DNA of 64,000 nucleotides from Methanothrix sp. (GCA_963682135.1 OY821645.1:2400001-2464000), one strand, 5' to 3'; positions 30,039 through 41,390 are shown, counted from the stretch's first letter. Notes: generated from the letters alone by a model not told the origin. Numbers and translations are program-made.

Positions 30039-31042
30039 CTAAGCTCTCTCTTGAAGAGCGAAATCAAGCATACAAGGCTGCCGGCGATTTTTTATTTGAA
30101 ATGGGGAAGCAGAATAAATTGGGAGAGCTTGGCTTATCCTGGGTGGATTGCCTGTTGGAGGCGCGATCAATGTATCTGCATGGGCAATTGCATGGCCAGG
30201 CTAGAGATGCAACCGATCGCCTTTCCAGTGCATTTGGACGAAGTGGATTTTACGATGGTGTGAGATCACTGAATTCTGAATTGCTGGAATTCGAAGAGCA
30301 TCCATCACCTTTGAATTGGATAGCACGAACATATTTCTATCAAGGAGATTATGCCTCGGCTCAATCTTGGTATCAAAGAGCCCTTGTTGCATCTTCAAGT
30401 TCAAATCCGCAAGAGAATGCATTAGCCATTTATGGTTTGGCTTCAATCGACTTTAACAAAGGCAACTACGCTTCGGCGTTTGAGATGCTCGAAAGATCAC
30501 TGAGGATCTTTCAGCAGATCGGCAACCAAACAGGGGAGGCCTCAACTTGGAATGTTATGGCTATGATCGACGCAGATAAGGGCAACTACTCTTCGGCGAT
30601 TGAAAAGCTCGTGATTTCGCTGAGGATTTTTCAGCAGATTGACGATCAACAAGGCGAGGCCTCATCCTGGCATACTCTGGCCACGATCGATTTTAGGAGG
30701 GAGGATTATGCATTGGCGTATGAGAAGTACAAGAAGTCGCTGGAGATCACGCAACAAATCGGTGATAGGGAGGGCGAAGCAGCAACGTTTCATCAGCTCG
30801 GATTATTATCTTGGAGCAGAAACCATGCAGATAATGGGCTTCGGATGATAGCTCTCAGCTATTTGATATCATTATCTATCGGCCATGAGAAATCCCAGTT
30901 GAGCTTTGAAAATCTCAAGGTCATGGCCTCGCAGCTTAAGCACACCCAAGAGTCATTCGATGCCATGCTAAAGGAAGTCGCCGAGTCCTATCGCAAAGAC
31001 CGAGGCCAAAGCCTCATCAATGCCGTATTCCAAAAATCCTGA
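29948..31042 (+). CDS. TPR-repeat C-terminal part of the CHAT-NTPase-TPR protein (after frameshift at about 29990)
   Basis: Overlapping frame continues ..EPLWIVYGLLR..; repeated 40-aa units (SLRIFQQIG...GEA). Confidence 0.8.
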   Translation: MAGTGLRLPGYRKIQEPLWIVYGLLRGWLLAKLSLEERNQAYKAAGDFLFEMGKQNKLGELGLSWVDCLLEARSMYLHGQLHGQARDATDRLSSAFGRSGFYDGVRSLNSELLEFEEHPSPLNWIARTYFYQGDYASAQSWYQRALVASSSSNPQENALAIYGLASIDFNKGNYASAFEMLERSLRIFQQIGNQTGEASTWNVMAMIDADKGNYSSAIEKLVISLRIFQQIDDQQGEASSWHTLATIDFRREDYALAYEKYKKSLEITQQIGDREGEAATFHQLGLLSWSRNHADNGLRMIALSYLISLSIGHEKSQLSFENLKVMASQLKHTQESFDAMLKEVAESYRKDRGQSLINAVFQKS

Positions 31043-31044
31043 TC

Positions 31045-31416
31045 CTATCTCCCTATCGCTTCTACAAACGCCGCAAGCTCCTCAGGAGCAACGCCTGCTT
31101 TTGCCAAAGTAGCGAGCAGTTCCTTATCATCGACAAGAGCCTTTGCGATTTCTTGGGCTGCTGCATATGCCTTATCATGATGGTCCACATGCACAAAAAC
31201 GATGATATCACCAAAGACGCCATAGACGATAACAAAAGGATCTACATGCTCTCCTCTGAGGCCCTTCAGCTTATGGCTCTTGGCTTTTCCTATCCCTGGA
31301 TTTTCGCATATTGCTTTGATCTTCTTTCCAAGCCTCTTCTCCAAGGCAGCATCCTTTTTTGTCAGCTTCTTGAACTGCTTTTTAAAATGACCGGGAAGCA
31401 GGGGCTTAAATGTCAT
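31045..31416 (-). CDS. RelE/ParE superfamily toxin
   Basis: FKKQFKKL..ENPGIG..LKGLRGEHVDPFVIVY..DHHDKAY. Confidence 0.8.
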   Translation of the reverse strand: MTFKPLLPGHFKKQFKKLTKKDAALEKRLGKKIKAICENPGIGKAKSHKLKGLRGEHVDPFVIVYGVFGDIIVFVHVDHHDKAYAAAQEIAKALVDDKELLATLAKAGVAPEELAAFVEAIGR

Positions 31417-31438
31417 TGAGGATCAAAACAGGTTTACT

Positions 31439-31627
31439 TCATTTGCTCAATAGCTCATCGAGCAGCTCATCTGCATTCTTAAAAACCTTGTAGCGGCCCT
31501 CTGCGTAATCCTCCAGGCCTTTTCTGATGCCCTCAATGAAATCCATGCCAGCTTCTGCGTCAGCCCGTTCAGGCTCGACTGCGGACGGCATTATATTTGT
31601 CTTCTCCCGGGCGTTTGAGCAGATCAC
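31439..31627 (-). CDS. Cognate antitoxin
   Basis: Small acidic ORF upstream of the toxin: FIEGIRKGLEDYAEGRYKVF..ADELLDEL. Confidence 0.7.
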   Translation of the reverse strand: MICSNAREKTNIMPSAVEPERADAEAGMDFIEGIRKGLEDYAEGRYKVFKNADELLDELLSK

Positions 31628-31786
31628 GACTGTACCTCGATTGAACTTTATAGTTAGCCATCTATTTAATCCTCTCGTCTTCCGGGTCTTTGTGCTTGTT
31701 GCACAACTCCAGCCCTGACTCTCATGAGACCTTTTTCTCCTCCAAACCTTTTTATATATCCACTATCTTCAGAGAAGGGAAACCTG

Positions 31787-32632
31787 ATGACCGGACAGCG
31801 CGAGAGAGCCATCCTTATCCCGTCCTCTCTCAACATGGAGAGTAGGGATCGGCGTGAGAGCACGCTCAAAGTTGGCCAAATCGCCCGGGCAGCAGCAGTC
31901 TTCCAATATAACCGCATCGTGATCTATCGCGATCCCGAGCACAATGACTCGCGGTTCATGGCTATGGTTCTGCGCTACATGGATACACCGCAGTACCTGC
32001 GAAAGATGCTCATCCCCCGTCGGGAGGAGCTGCGCCATGTGGGAATGCTGCCGCCGCTACGTACGGCTCATCACCCAATAAACTCAAAATCAGAATCGCT
32101 CAAGATTGGCGAGTTTCGCGTCGGAGCAGTCGTTGAAAGCGTCGGATCTGATAGCGGCGTCTGGGTGGAAATCGGAATCAATCGCCCAATTCCCCTTCGC
32201 ACCGAAAGTAGGTACTCGGTAGGGCAGCGCCTGAATGTCAGAATCTTTTCGCAGCAGCCGCTCGCCGCTGAGCCTGTGGACCCGAAGGATATCCCTCATT
32301 ACTGGGGATACGAGACCGAGATAGTGGAGAGCCTGGAGAGCTACCTTGCTGCAAAGCATGAGCAGAGTGGCTACGTGGTTCTTACTTCTCGGCGCGGAAA
32401 AGGCATAACGCCTGAAATCCTCTCCAACATGGGACACACTGGCTACCAGCGCGATCTTGCGGTCGTCTTCGGCTCACCAACACGGGGCGTAGATGCATTC
32501 TTGAGCAAAGAGTCAATGGACAGATATGAAATGATCAACACCATTCCGCATCAAGGAACTGAGACGGTTCGCGTGGAAGAGGCTGTCTTTGCCACTTTAG
32601 CCCTGCTCAACCTTATGCGTTTGGAGGACTAA
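31787..32632 (+). CDS. SPOUT family RNA methyltransferase (DUF171)
   Basis: KVGQIARAAAVF, TPQYLRK, PPLRTAHH, NTIPHQGTETVRVEEA; conserved position before rpl3. Confidence 0.9.
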   Translation: MTGQRERAILIPSSLNMESRDRRESTLKVGQIARAAAVFQYNRIVIYRDPEHNDSRFMAMVLRYMDTPQYLRKMLIPRREELRHVGMLPPLRTAHHPINSKSESLKIGEFRVGAVVESVGSDSGVWVEIGINRPIPLRTESRYSVGQRLNVRIFSQQPLAAEPVDPKDIPHYWGYETEIVESLESYLAAKHEQSGYVVLTSRRGKGITPEILSNMGHTGYQRDLAVVFGSPTRGVDAFLSKESMDRYEMINTIPHQGTETVRVEEAVFATLALLNLMRLED

Positions 32633-33637
32633 ATGGCAACAATACACCGACCAAGACGAGGTTCGCTGGCCTACAGCCCGAGAAAGAGGGCCAAGAGCGA
32701 AGTCCCCAGAATCAGAAGCTGGCCCGATGAGGATAAGGCCAGGATGGCAGGCTTTGCCGGTTATAAGGCCGGCATGACCCACATCATGATGATCGACGAC
32801 AGACCGCGCAGCCTCACCGAGGGCGTGGAGATCTCCATGCCCGTAACAGTTCTGGAGGTGCCCCCCATGAATGTGGTGGCTGTGCGCGCCTACGAGAACT
32901 ACAACGGCGGCCTGCGGCCTGCTGGCGAGGCCTGGTCTGAGAACCTGAGTCCCGATCTAGCTCGCGCTCTGACCGTCCCCAAAAAGACTCACGGAACCTC
33001 AGCAGACGACCTGCGGGCTCTGGGCGACGATATCGTAGATGTTAGAGTACTGGTTCACACCAATCCCATGCTCATAACCGGAATTCCCAAGAAGACTCCT
33101 GAGCTCATGGAGATGCCCATCAATGGCGGCTCCATGCTGGACCGTCTCGCTTTTGCCCAGAAATTGCTGGGCCAGCAGGTTCCAATCTCCAGCGTATTTG
33201 AGCTGGGTGATCTTCTGGATGCATCTGCCGTCACCAAAGGCAAGGGTACCCAGGGTCCAGTACGACGCTGGGGAATTGCCATCGCCAAGAGAAAGCACGC
33301 CCGTACCGGCAAGCTGCGGCACGTAGGCAACCTCGGTCCCTGGCATCCATCTCATATCAGCTGGCGCGTACCGCAGCTGGGCCAGATGGGCTACCACCAG
33401 AGGACAGAGTTCAATAAAAGACTCATGTTCATCGGAAATGACAGCGCACAAATTAATCCGCAAGGCGGATTTCCCGGCTATGGCTTGGTAAGAAACCAAT
33501 ATATCCTGATCAAGGGAAGCGTTCCCGGTCCCATCAAGAGGATGGTCAGAATAAGACACGCCATAAGACCCGGAAAGAACTTCGTGAAAGTGCCTGAGTT
33601 TCTCTATGTGAGCCAAGAGTCCAAGCAGGGGGTCTAG
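32633..33637 (+). CDS. rpl3: 50S ribosomal protein L3
   Basis: RPRRGSLAYSPRKRA, GYKAGMTH, GQMGYHQRTE. Confidence 0.97.
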   Translation: MATIHRPRRGSLAYSPRKRAKSEVPRIRSWPDEDKARMAGFAGYKAGMTHIMMIDDRPRSLTEGVEISMPVTVLEVPPMNVVAVRAYENYNGGLRPAGEAWSENLSPDLARALTVPKKTHGTSADDLRALGDDIVDVRVLVHTNPMLITGIPKKTPELMEMPINGGSMLDRLAFAQKLLGQQVPISSVFELGDLLDASAVTKGKGTQGPVRRWGIAIAKRKHARTGKLRHVGNLGPWHPSHISWRVPQLGQMGYHQRTEFNKRLMFIGNDSAQINPQGGFPGYGLVRNQYILIKGSVPGPIKRMVRIRHAIRPGKNFVKVPEFLYVSQESKQGV

Positions 33638-34414
33638 ATGATGTTGGCAAATATCATTGATCTATCAGGAAACGCAAACGGCCAGATACAGCTGCCTCCC
33701 GTCTTCGAGGAGGAATACCGGCCGGATATCATCAAGAGGGCCGTCCTAGCCGCACAGGCAAACAGGCTCCAGGCCTATGGACCTCACTTCTATGCTGGCA
33801 TGAATACCTCTGCCCTGTCCTGGGGTCCGGGACACGGCGTCTCCAGGGTTCCCAGATTGAAGAACGGCAGGAAAGCTGCAGGCGTACCAATGGCCGTAGG
33901 CGGCCGCAGGTCTCACGCTCCCCAGCCTAATGCAGACTATACCGAAAAGGTCAACAAAAAGGAGAGGCGCAAGGCCATCCGCTCTGCGATCGCCGCTACT
34001 GCATCTTCGGGATTAGTCGAGGCAAGAGGCCACAGGTTTACAAGAGAGCTGCCCGTTGTAGCTAAAAACGAGCTGGAATCCTTGAGCAAGACCACAGACG
34101 TCATCAAGTTCCTGGTGGCTGCGGGCCTCTGGGATGACGTTCAGAGAGCAAAGGATGGAAGACATATTCGTGCAGGCAAGGGCAAACTGCGGGGAAGGAA
34201 ATATAAAGGCCGCAAGAGCCTGCTCATTGTCGCCGGAAACGATAAGGGCCTCGGAAAAGCTGCCCGCAATCTTCCCGGTGTGGACTTCGTAACCGTAGAG
34301 AAGCTTAATGCTGAGCTGCTTGCGCCTGGGACCAAAGCCGGAAGGCTGACCGTCTGGACTGAGTCTTCCCTGGAGAAGCTGGCCAAGAAGAGCGGAGCGG
34401 AGGCAGTACAATGA
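33638..34414 (+). CDS. rpl4: 50S ribosomal protein L4
   Basis: [32 protein letters not shown]. Confidence 0.97.
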   Translation: MMLANIIDLSGNANGQIQLPPVFEEEYRPDIIKRAVLAAQANRLQAYGPHFYAGMNTSALSWGPGHGVSRVPRLKNGRKAAGVPMAVGGRRSHAPQPNADYTEKVNKKERRKAIRSAIAATASSGLVEARGHRFTRELPVVAKNELESLSKTTDVIKFLVAAGLWDDVQRAKDGRHIRAGKGKLRGRKYKGRKSLLIVAGNDKGLGKAARNLPGVDFVTVEKLNAELLAPGTKAGRLTVWTESSLEKLAKKSGAEAVQ

Positions 34415-34659
34415 TTATCAAGAGCCCCTACGTCACAGAAAAGGTCACCGGCATGATCGACTCCAATGATACCCTGGAGTTTCTGGTGAACATGAAATCC
34501 ACCAAGCCGGAGATCAAGAAAGCCCTGGAAGATCTTTACGATATCGATATCCTGGCAGTCAGGACCATGATAACCTCCCGGGGAGAAAAGAAGGCCATTG
34601 TGAAACTGGCGAAAGAGGGTAGTGCGAACGAGCTTGCCACAAGGCTAGGACTGCTGTAG
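34411..34659 (+). CDS. rpl23: 50S ribosomal protein L23
   Basis: PYVTEK, KPEIKKA, KKAIVKL; operon position. Confidence 0.95.
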   Translation: MIIKSPYVTEKVTGMIDSNDTLEFLVNMKSTKPEIKKALEDLYDIDILAVRTMITSRGEKKAIVKLAKEGSANELATRLGLL

Positions 34660-34669
34660 GTGGGTAAAT

Positions 34670-35383
34670 ATGGGACATCGAATCATATCTCAGAATAGAG
34701 GTGCAGGTGGTCCAACGTATCGGGCACCCTCTCACAGGTACAGGGCGGACATCAAGCACATCAAAGTCGATAGCGATGAGACAATAAGCGGCGTGGTCCA
34801 GGAAATAGTGCGTGACCCCGCGAGAACAGCTCCCGTTGCGCTCATAGCCTTGAGCAACGGTGAGACGAGATACATCCTGGTTCCCGAGGGTATGTATGTG
34901 GGCCAGGAAGTCTCATGCGGCATATCGGCCCCCATAGAGCCGGGAAACACTCTGCATCTGGCGGAGATCCCCGAGGGCATACCGATCTGCAACGTCGAAT
35001 CGCAGCCGGGTCACGGTGGCCAGTTTGCGAGAGCTTCGGGAGTGTGCGCCATTCTCGTAGCTCATGATGCAGGTCAAACCGTCGTCCAGTTGCCCAGTGG
35101 TGAGATGAAGTGGCTCTCCCCGAAATGCATGGCGACCATAGGGGTCGTTGCCGGGGGAGGCCGTTTGGACAAACCTCTGGTCAAAGCAGGTAAGAGCTTC
35201 TTTAAGTTCCAGTCCAAGGCCAAGAAGTGGCCCATCGTAAGAGGCGTTGCAATGAACGCCGTAGACCACCCCTTCGGTGGCGGTGGACGCCAGCATCCAG
35301 GACGGCCCAAGACAGTCAGCAGGAATACGCCTCCTGGCCGAAAAGTAGGTTCAATTGCCGCAAGAAGAACCGGTAAGCGCTAG
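34670..35383 (+). CDS. rpl2: 50S ribosomal protein L2
   Basis: DPARTAP, VRGVAMNAVDHPFGGG. Confidence 0.97.
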   Translation: MGHRIISQNRGAGGPTYRAPSHRYRADIKHIKVDSDETISGVVQEIVRDPARTAPVALIALSNGETRYILVPEGMYVGQEVSCGISAPIEPGNTLHLAEIPEGIPICNVESQPGHGGQFARASGVCAILVAHDAGQTVVQLPSGEMKWLSPKCMATIGVVAGGGRLDKPLVKAGKSFFKFQSKAKKWPIVRGVAMNAVDHPFGGGGRQHPGRPKTVSRNTPPGRKVGSIAARRTGKR

Positions 35384-35393
35384 GTGATAGGTT

Positions 35394-35804
35394 TTGGCTA
35401 AAAAAGCAGGATCCAAGCTTCCTAAGAGAAAGGAAGAATTCTTGTATCGGGGCCGGAAGGTTGCCGACCTCGCCAAGTTGAGTGTAGAGGAGCTTGCCGG
35501 GCTCTTACCAGCGCGGCAACGCAGAACGATCAAGAGAGGCCTTGTCAAGGATAACAAAAAACTCATGACAAGCCTGAAGAACAAGGACTCGGTTCGAACC
35601 CACATCAGGAATATGATAGTTATGCCTGATATGGTGGGCAAGAATCTCGAGATCTACAACGGCAAGAGCTTTGAAAAGGTAGAGGTCATGCCCGAGATGA
35701 TCGGACACTTCTTCGGCGAGTTTTCGCTCACGCGCGGTCGCGTGCAGCACGGTGCCGCAGGCGTGGGCGCTACCAGATCAAGCAAATATGTGCCGCTGAA
35801 GTGA
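35394..35804 (+). CDS. rps19: 30S ribosomal protein S19
   Basis: RTHIRNM, GHFFGEF, GATRSSKYVPLK. Confidence 0.97.
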   Translation: MAKKAGSKLPKRKEEFLYRGRKVADLAKLSVEELAGLLPARQRRTIKRGLVKDNKKLMTSLKNKDSVRTHIRNMIVMPDMVGKNLEIYNGKSFEKVEVMPEMIGHFFGEFSLTRGRVQHGAAGVGATRSSKYVPLK

Positions 35805-35807
35805 GGT

Positions 35808-36275
35808 GTGAGATTGGGCAGATTGAATTATTCGCTTACGCCTGCAGGACGCTCTTCAAGGGCCATGGGGATGGAGCTTCACATCTCACCGAAAGCAGCC
35901 CACGAGATCTGCAGGACGCTAAAAGGCATGAGGGCTAACCTCGCCCGAGCCTATCTGGAAGATGTAATCGCCTTGAAGAGGTCTATTCCCTTCAAGCGCT
36001 ACAGAAGAAATGTGGCCCACAAACATGGCCTGGTGGGATGGGATGCCGGCAGATTTCCGCAGAAGGCTGCCAGGGCAGTCTTGGTCGTCCTTGATAATGC
36101 GCTTGCCAATGCCGAGTACAAGGGAATGGAATCCGAGAAGATGAGGATCTTCCATGCCGGTACTAAGAAGGGCAGGACCATCCAGGGATGGATGCCTCGC
36201 GCCATGGGAAGAGCCACACCCAAGAACACAGAGACGGTCTCCGTTGAGATGGTCCTCACCGAGGTGAAGAGCTGA
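35808..36275 (+). CDS. rpl22: 50S ribosomal protein L22
   Basis: [21 protein letters not shown]. Confidence 0.95.
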   Translation: MRLGRLNYSLTPAGRSSRAMGMELHISPKAAHEICRTLKGMRANLARAYLEDVIALKRSIPFKRYRRNVAHKHGLVGWDAGRFPQKAARAVLVVLDNALANAEYKGMESEKMRIFHAGTKKGRTIQGWMPRAMGRATPKNTETVSVEMVLTEVKS

Positions 36276-37105
36276 TGTCCGTAGAAAAGAAGTTCGTAGC
36301 AGAGGGCCTCTCCAAAGCACTCGTAAATGAGTATCTGGCAGAAGAGCTGGAACGCGCCGGATACGGCGGCATGGTCATGAATCGTACTCCCATGGGCACT
36401 CAGATTACCGTCTATGCGGAAAAGCCGGGCATGGTCATCGGAAAAGGCGGCAAATTGATCCGCAAGATCACCCGCGACCTGGATCGCAAATTCCATCTGG
36501 ATAATCCCCAGATAGATGTACAGGATGTGGGCCGTGGCGATTTGAACGGCAGAGTTGTAGCCAATCGTCTGGCATCCTCTTTGGAGCGTGGCTGGTACTT
36601 CCGAAAGGCAGGTCAGTCCATGATGAGAAGAGTGATGGACGCCGGGGCATTGGGTTGTGAGATTGTCATCAGCGGCAAGCTAACCGGCCCGCGCTCCCGA
36701 ACCGAGAAATTCATTTCCGGTTATATCAAGCACTCTGGAAAGCCAGCCATCGATCTCGTTGATAAGGGCTACTCCGTAGCCGTTAAGAAACTGGGTGTAA
36801 TTGGCTGTCAGGTCAGGATCATCCCGCCCGACGTGCGACTTCCTGATGACTTCCTGATTGAAAAGCCGCCGGTCGTGGCCCCAGTCGCGGAAACAAAGCC
36901 CGCAAAGGGTCCTGTAGCACCGGCGCCAGTGGCAACGCCCGCTCCCGAGAAGAAGAGCGATCTGGATCAGCTCTTAGAGTCTGAACCCGTGGCTGCGCCG
37001 TCACCTCTGGATGAGTCAAGTGTGAAGGGCAGCGAGGGCGTGGCAGAGGATGCGCCTCTCCCCGAAGAGATGGCTGATATTGAGCCCTGCGCCAAGGAAG
37101 AGTGA
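36275..37105 (+). CDS. rps3: 30S ribosomal protein S3
   Basis: [24 protein letters not shown]; acidic/Pro-rich tail. Confidence 0.97.
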   Translation: MSVEKKFVAEGLSKALVNEYLAEELERAGYGGMVMNRTPMGTQITVYAEKPGMVIGKGGKLIRKITRDLDRKFHLDNPQIDVQDVGRGDLNGRVVANRLASSLERGWYFRKAGQSMMRRVMDAGALGCEIVISGKLTGPRSRTEKFISGYIKHSGKPAIDLVDKGYSVAVKKLGVIGCQVRIIPPDVRLPDDFLIEKPPVVAPVAETKPAKGPVAPAPVATPAPEKKSDLDQLLESEPVAAPSPLDESSVKGSEGVAEDAPLPEEMADIEPCAKEE

Positions 37106-37111
37106 TCCGGT

Positions 37112-37342
37112 ATGGCGATCTTTAAGATTGATGAGATCAGAAACATGAACGCGGAGGAGATTGCAGAGGAGCTGAGAAAGCTTCAAACCGAACTCATCCG
37201 AGAGAGAGGCATCGTAACTGCAGGTGGCGCCCCGGAAAAGCCTGGGAGAATCAGAGACCTGCGCAGAACGGTGGCCAGGATCAAAACGGTTCAAACGGAG
37301 CGAAGCGGATCAAGACGATCCAAGCGGAGCGAAGTTTTGTGA
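37112..37342 (+). CDS. rpl29: 50S ribosomal protein L29
   Basis: [16 protein letters not shown]. Confidence 0.95.
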   Translation: MAIFKIDEIRNMNAEEIAEELRKLQTELIRERGIVTAGGAPEKPGRIRDLRRTVARIKTVQTERSGSRRSKRSEVL

Positions 37343-37632
37343 ACCTGAATCCTGAAAGCCTGGCAAGGCACGAGCTTATCGGCCTTGAGGTAGCGGTTGC
37401 TGCGAGCAGCAACCCCAGCCAGATCGGGCTTAAGGCCCTGGTTGTGGATGAGACCAGGAATACATTCCTTTTGGAGACGAAATCCAAGGTCTTGCGCCTT
37501 GCCAAAAAGGATACAAACCTGATCTTCACATTGCCCGATGGACAGAATGTGAGTGTCTTCGGCACAATGTTGATCTCACAACCAGAGAACAGAATTAGCA
37601 AGAGAATGCAAAAAACGAGGTGGAAGTTATGA
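37339..37632 (+). CDS. rnp1: Ribonuclease P protein component 1 (Rpp29)
   Basis: [20 protein letters not shown]. Confidence 0.92.
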   Translation: MNLNPESLARHELIGLEVAVAASSNPSQIGLKALVVDETRNTFLLETKSKVLRLAKKDTNLIFTLPDGQNVSVFGTMLISQPENRISKRMQKTRWKL

Positions 37633-37949
37633 GGGATATCGGACTGGACGTTAGCGCTCCGCAAAAGGAATGCAATGATCCTAAGTGTCCCTTCCATGGT
37701 AGCCTGCCCGTACGTGGCCAGGTCTTTAGTTGCACCGTGGTCAGCGACAAGATGGACAGTACCGTGGTAGTAATGCGTAAGTTCGAGAAGAAAGCAACGA
37801 AGTATGAACGATTCGAGAAGAGGCAGTCCAAGATCCATGCGCACAATCCCCCATGCATTGATGCCAAGGCAGGGGATCGTGTCAAGATAGCGGAGTGTAG
37901 GCCCCTTTCCAAGACCAAATCCTATGTAGTGGTGGAGGTCCTGAAATGA
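37629..37949 (+). CDS. rps17: 30S ribosomal protein S17
   Basis: [26 protein letters not shown]. Confidence 0.96.
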   Translation: MRDIGLDVSAPQKECNDPKCPFHGSLPVRGQVFSCTVVSDKMDSTVVVMRKFEKKATKYERFEKRQSKIHAHNPPCIDAKAGDRVKIAECRPLSKTKSYVVVEVLK

Positions 37950-38344
37950 AAGGACAAAAGGCCAAGATCCCAAGGGCGATCAACACTGGCGCATACCTGG
38001 ATTGTGTAGACAATACAGGTGCGCGGACGCTACACGTCATCGCTGTTAAGAACTATCGAGGCGTGAAAAATAGACAGCCCTGCGCAGGGATTGGGGATGT
38101 AGTCGTAGTATCTGTAAAAAAGGGAAGTCCGGAGATGAGAAAGCAGATCTTTAAAGCTGTCATCATCCGCCAGAGAAAGGAGTTTCGCAGGCCCGATGGC
38201 CTCAGGGTCAAATTCGAGGATAATGCCGCCGTTATAGTAGATGACGAGGGCGTTCCCAAGGGTTCTGAGGTCAAGGGACCTGTGGCCCGCGAGGTAGCAG
38301 AAAGATTTAGCAAGATTGCTTCCGCGGCATCCATGATTGTGTGA
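37946..38344 (+). CDS. rpl14: 50S ribosomal protein L14
   Basis: DNTGA, FEDNAAV, GPVARE. Confidence 0.97.
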   Translation: MKGQKAKIPRAINTGAYLDCVDNTGARTLHVIAVKNYRGVKNRQPCAGIGDVVVVSVKKGSPEMRKQIFKAVIIRQRKEFRRPDGLRVKFEDNAAVIVDDEGVPKGSEVKGPVAREVAERFSKIASAASMIV

Positions 38345-38709
38345 TGATTATGATTACAAAACAGCCAAGGAAGCAGCGGAAGGCGAGGTATACCGCACCG
38401 CTGCACAAGCGTCAAAAGTACATGCATGCACCCTTGAGCAAAGCTTTGCGTGAGGAGCTGAAGAGGCGCAATGCACAGCTTCGCAAGGGCGATACCGTCA
38501 AGGTCATGCGCGGCGATCACGCCGGCACCGAAGGAGAGGTCGAAGATGTAGACCTTAAGAGGTGCACCATCAAAGTGGCAGGCGTGAGCAACTACCGGGC
38601 TGACGGAACTGAAGTGCCGAGAACTATCCACCCCTCCAATGTCATGATAATCAAGCTCGTTCTTGAAGACTCCGAGAGGGAAAAGATTTTCGCGAGGCGA
38701 TCAGAATGA
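38341..38709 (+). CDS. rpl24: 50S ribosomal protein L24
   Basis: [23 protein letters not shown]. Confidence 0.96.
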   Translation: MMIMITKQPRKQRKARYTAPLHKRQKYMHAPLSKALREELKRRNAQLRKGDTVKVMRGDHAGTEGEVEDVDLKRCTIKVAGVSNYRADGTEVPRTIHPSNVMIIKLVLEDSEREKIFARRSE

Positions 38710-39410
38710 GCAGACATCAAAAGAGAATAACGGTTCCCGTAAGCTGGCCCATTGCAAAAAAAACTCATGTATGGGTTGCCAAGACCAGTCCCGGGCCTCA
38801 TTCCGCTGGGAATAGCATACCTCTCGTGGTAGTAATCCGAGACATGCTTAAGCTGGTAGATAATGCCCGCGAGGCAAAGAGGGTTCTGTATGAGGGTAAG
38901 GTATTGGTGGACGGAAAAATCCAGAAGGATTACAAGCTTCCTATCGGCATATTCGATGTCATAGCCGTTCCTTCAAACAACCAGCAATACAGAATGCTCA
39001 AGGATGAGAAGGGAATGTTTTATCTCAGCTCTCTTGAGGCTGGCAATATAAGAAAGCTGGCTCGAATTGAGAATAAAACCTTCCTTAAGGGCAAAAAGCA
39101 GCAGCTCAATCTGTCCGACGGATCCAATAAGCTGGCAGAAGGCGACTATAAGGTTGGCGACTCGCTGGTCCTCTCACTGCCGAAAAAAGATATCGAAGAT
39201 AAGATCGGCTTCGAGATAGGCAATCTGGCAATGGTCGTAGGTGGAAAGCATTCCGGCCAAACGGGGAAGATCAAAGAGATCATAACCGTGAAGAGCTCCC
39301 AGCATAATCGCATCATAATCTCGGGAGACGAGGAGTTTGAGACCATCAAGGATTACGTTTACATGATCGGAATAGATCAGCCTGTCATCAAGCTGGGGGC
39401 CGTTAGATGA
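38706..39410 (+). CDS. rps4e: 30S ribosomal protein S4e
   Basis: HQKR, PGPH, VDGK, GGKHSG. Confidence 0.96.
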   Translation: MSRHQKRITVPVSWPIAKKTHVWVAKTSPGPHSAGNSIPLVVVIRDMLKLVDNAREAKRVLYEGKVLVDGKIQKDYKLPIGIFDVIAVPSNNQQYRMLKDEKGMFYLSSLEAGNIRKLARIENKTFLKGKKQQLNLSDGSNKLAEGDYKVGDSLVLSLPKKDIEDKIGFEIGNLAMVVGGKHSGQTGKIKEIITVKSSQHNRIIISGDEEFETIKDYVYMIGIDQPVIKLGAVR

Positions 39411-39922
39411 ATGCCAATCTAATTCCCCGCATCGACAAGATTGTCGTGCATGTAGGCGTAGGAGAGAGCGGTCAGAGGCTGGTAAATGCTGAATCTATCA
39501 TGAAGGCCATTACCAAACAGCAGCCCGTTCGTTCTATTGCTAAAAAGACTCTGCCTACCTTCGGCATTAAAAAGAATGAGCCCATCGGTGCAAAGCTTAC
39601 CTTGCGAGGCAAAGCGGCTGAGGATTTTCTGGTCATAGCCCTTAAGGCTGCCGGAAATACCTTAAGAAAGAGCCAGTTTGACATGCAGGGCAACTTCTCT
39701 TTCGGTATTGAGGAGCACACCGACTTTCCAGGAATGCGATACGATCCCGAAATAGGAATATTCGGAATGGATGTGTCCGTTGCCTTGAAGAGGGCCGGCT
39801 ATAGGATTGCAATGCGGCGCGTGGCGCAAAAGAAACTTCCCAGCCGGCAGAGGCTGAATAAAGACGACTCTGTGGAGTTTGTCTCAAAGAAGTTCGGCAT
39901 TGAGATCTTGGAGGCAGCATGA
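39407..39922 (+). CDS. rpl5: 50S ribosomal protein L5
   Basis: [31 protein letters not shown]. Confidence 0.97.
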   Translation: MNANLIPRIDKIVVHVGVGESGQRLVNAESIMKAITKQQPVRSIAKKTLPTFGIKKNEPIGAKLTLRGKAAEDFLVIALKAAGNTLRKSQFDMQGNFSFGIEEHTDFPGMRYDPEIGIFGMDVSVALKRAGYRIAMRRVAQKKLPSRQRLNKDDSVEFVSKKFGIEILEAA

Positions 39923-40071
39923 AGAAAGGAAAAAAGGTCTTCGGAAGAGGGTCAAACCCGTGCAAGCGCTGTGGAAACAAAAACGGCCTGATAAGAAAGT
40001 ACGGGATATACGTTTGCCGTCAGTGCTTCCGAGAGATCGCCCCTGAGATGGGTTTTGAAAAATATTCATAG
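39919..40071 (+). CDS. rps14: 30S ribosomal protein S14 (Zn-binding type)
   Basis: Manual translation [19 protein letters not shown]...[19 protein letters not shown] (below the ORF-track cutoff). Confidence 0.95.
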   Translation: MKKGKKVFGRGSNPCKRCGNKNGLIRKYGIYVCRQCFREIAPEMGFEKYS

Positions 40072-40080
40072 GTGGCTACT

Positions 40081-40470
40081 ATGTTATTGGATCCACTGGC
40101 CGATGCCCTATCCGTAATTAAGAATGCGGAGAGCGTAGGCAAGCCTGAATGTATCATTCATCCCGCCTCCAAGCTCATTGGAAGAGCTCTGAAGGTTATG
40201 GCGGATAGAGGATATATAGGCGAGTTCGAATTTGTTGACGACGGAAAGTCGGGAATGTTCCGAGTGAAGCTCCTGGGAAGGATCAACCGATGCGGCGTGA
40301 TTAAGCCCCGGTTTTCAACCAAGGTGGCCGAGATGGAGAAATGGGAGAAGCGATTTCTACCCGCCAGAAACTTCGGTGTTCTTATATTGAGCACCAGTAA
40401 GGGAGTCATGGCCCATTCTGATGCCAGGAACCAATTCCTGGGCGGTCAGCTCCTGGCTTACGTATATTAG
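40081..40470 (+). CDS. rps8: 30S ribosomal protein S8
   Basis: [32 protein letters not shown]. Confidence 0.97.
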   Translation: MLLDPLADALSVIKNAESVGKPECIIHPASKLIGRALKVMADRGYIGEFEFVDDGKSGMFRVKLLGRINRCGVIKPRFSTKVAEMEKWEKRFLPARNFGVLILSTSKGVMAHSDARNQFLGGQLLAYVY

Positions 40471-40479
40471 GTGGTCGCA

Positions 40480-41010
40480 ATGGTCAAAGAGATTGCACGA
40501 GCGGTAGAGATCCCTGAAGGAGTTGCCGTAACCGTAGACGGGAGTAGCGTCACGGTTAAAGGACCCAAAGGTGAGGTTCGCAGGCAGCTTTGCTATCCTA
40601 TGATAGATATCACTAAAGAGGATTCTCAACTGATCGTGAATTCCAGGCTCGATAGAAAGCAGCACCGGGCAATGGTGGGAACACTGGCCGCGCACATCAG
40701 CAATATGATTGCAGGCGTAAGCCGGGGTTATGAGTACAAGATGAAGGTCGTGTACTCTCACTTTCCCATACAGCTCAAGGAAGCTTCCAACGAGCTCATC
40801 ATAAACAATTTCCTGGGCGAAAGGAAGTCTCGGTCCGCCAAGATCCTTCCGGGCGCCAAGGTCGAGATAGGCAAAGATGAAGTAACGATCACAGGCATCG
40901 ACAAGGAGCAGGTTGGCCAGACCATGGCCAATATTGAGCAGGCTACCAGGGTGCATGGTTTCGATATCAGGATATTCCAAGACGGAATTTACCTGGTGGA
41001 CAAGAGGTGA
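40480..41010 (+). CDS. rpl6: 50S ribosomal protein L6
   Basis: VKGPKG, YSHFPI, NFLGE, DIRIFQDGIY. Confidence 0.96.
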   Translation: MVKEIARAVEIPEGVAVTVDGSSVTVKGPKGEVRRQLCYPMIDITKEDSQLIVNSRLDRKQHRAMVGTLAAHISNMIAGVSRGYEYKMKVVYSHFPIQLKEASNELIINNFLGERKSRSAKILPGAKVEIGKDEVTITGIDKEQVGQTMANIEQATRVHGFDIRIFQDGIYLVDKR

Positions 41011-41390
41011 CGAGGATGGCAGAGAGGTTGCTGAGAGTAAGAACCAGGCAGAAATCTAAAAAGCCTGAGTTCACCTTTCATGATTCACATAAAAAGAAGC
41101 GTCTGACCACCAGCTGGCGAAAGCCTCGCGGCCTGCACAACAAACTCCGGCAGCAGATTGCTGCCAAAGGCAAGCTGGTTAGAGTGGGCTATGGAAGCCC
41201 TAAGGCTGTCAAGGGATTTCATCCCTGTGGCCTTCCTGAAGTGCTGGTTAATAACGTCGCAGAGGTGCAAAAAGCGCAGGGATCTGTGGTACGTATAGCA
41301 GCGGGTGTTGGCATGAAGAAGCGCCTGGAGATGCAGGCAAAAGCAGCTGAGTCAGGCATTAGGGTGCTAAATCCCAAGGGTGGTGCCTAG
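41007..41390 (+). CDS. rpl32e: 50S ribosomal protein L32e
   Basis: WRKPRG, GYGSP, HPCG, VLNP. Confidence 0.95.
   Translation: MTRMAERLLRVRTRQKSKKPEFTFHDSHKKKRLTTSWRKPRGLHNKLRQQIAAKGKLVRVGYGSPKAVKGFHPCGLPEVLVNNVAEVQKAQGSVVRIAAGVGMKKRLEMQAKAAESGIRVLNPKGGA

Noticed and set aside
36860-37105. Pro/Ala/acidic tail of S3, and similarly the long SecY loop insertion
   Set aside because: Common features of Methanomicrobia orthologs
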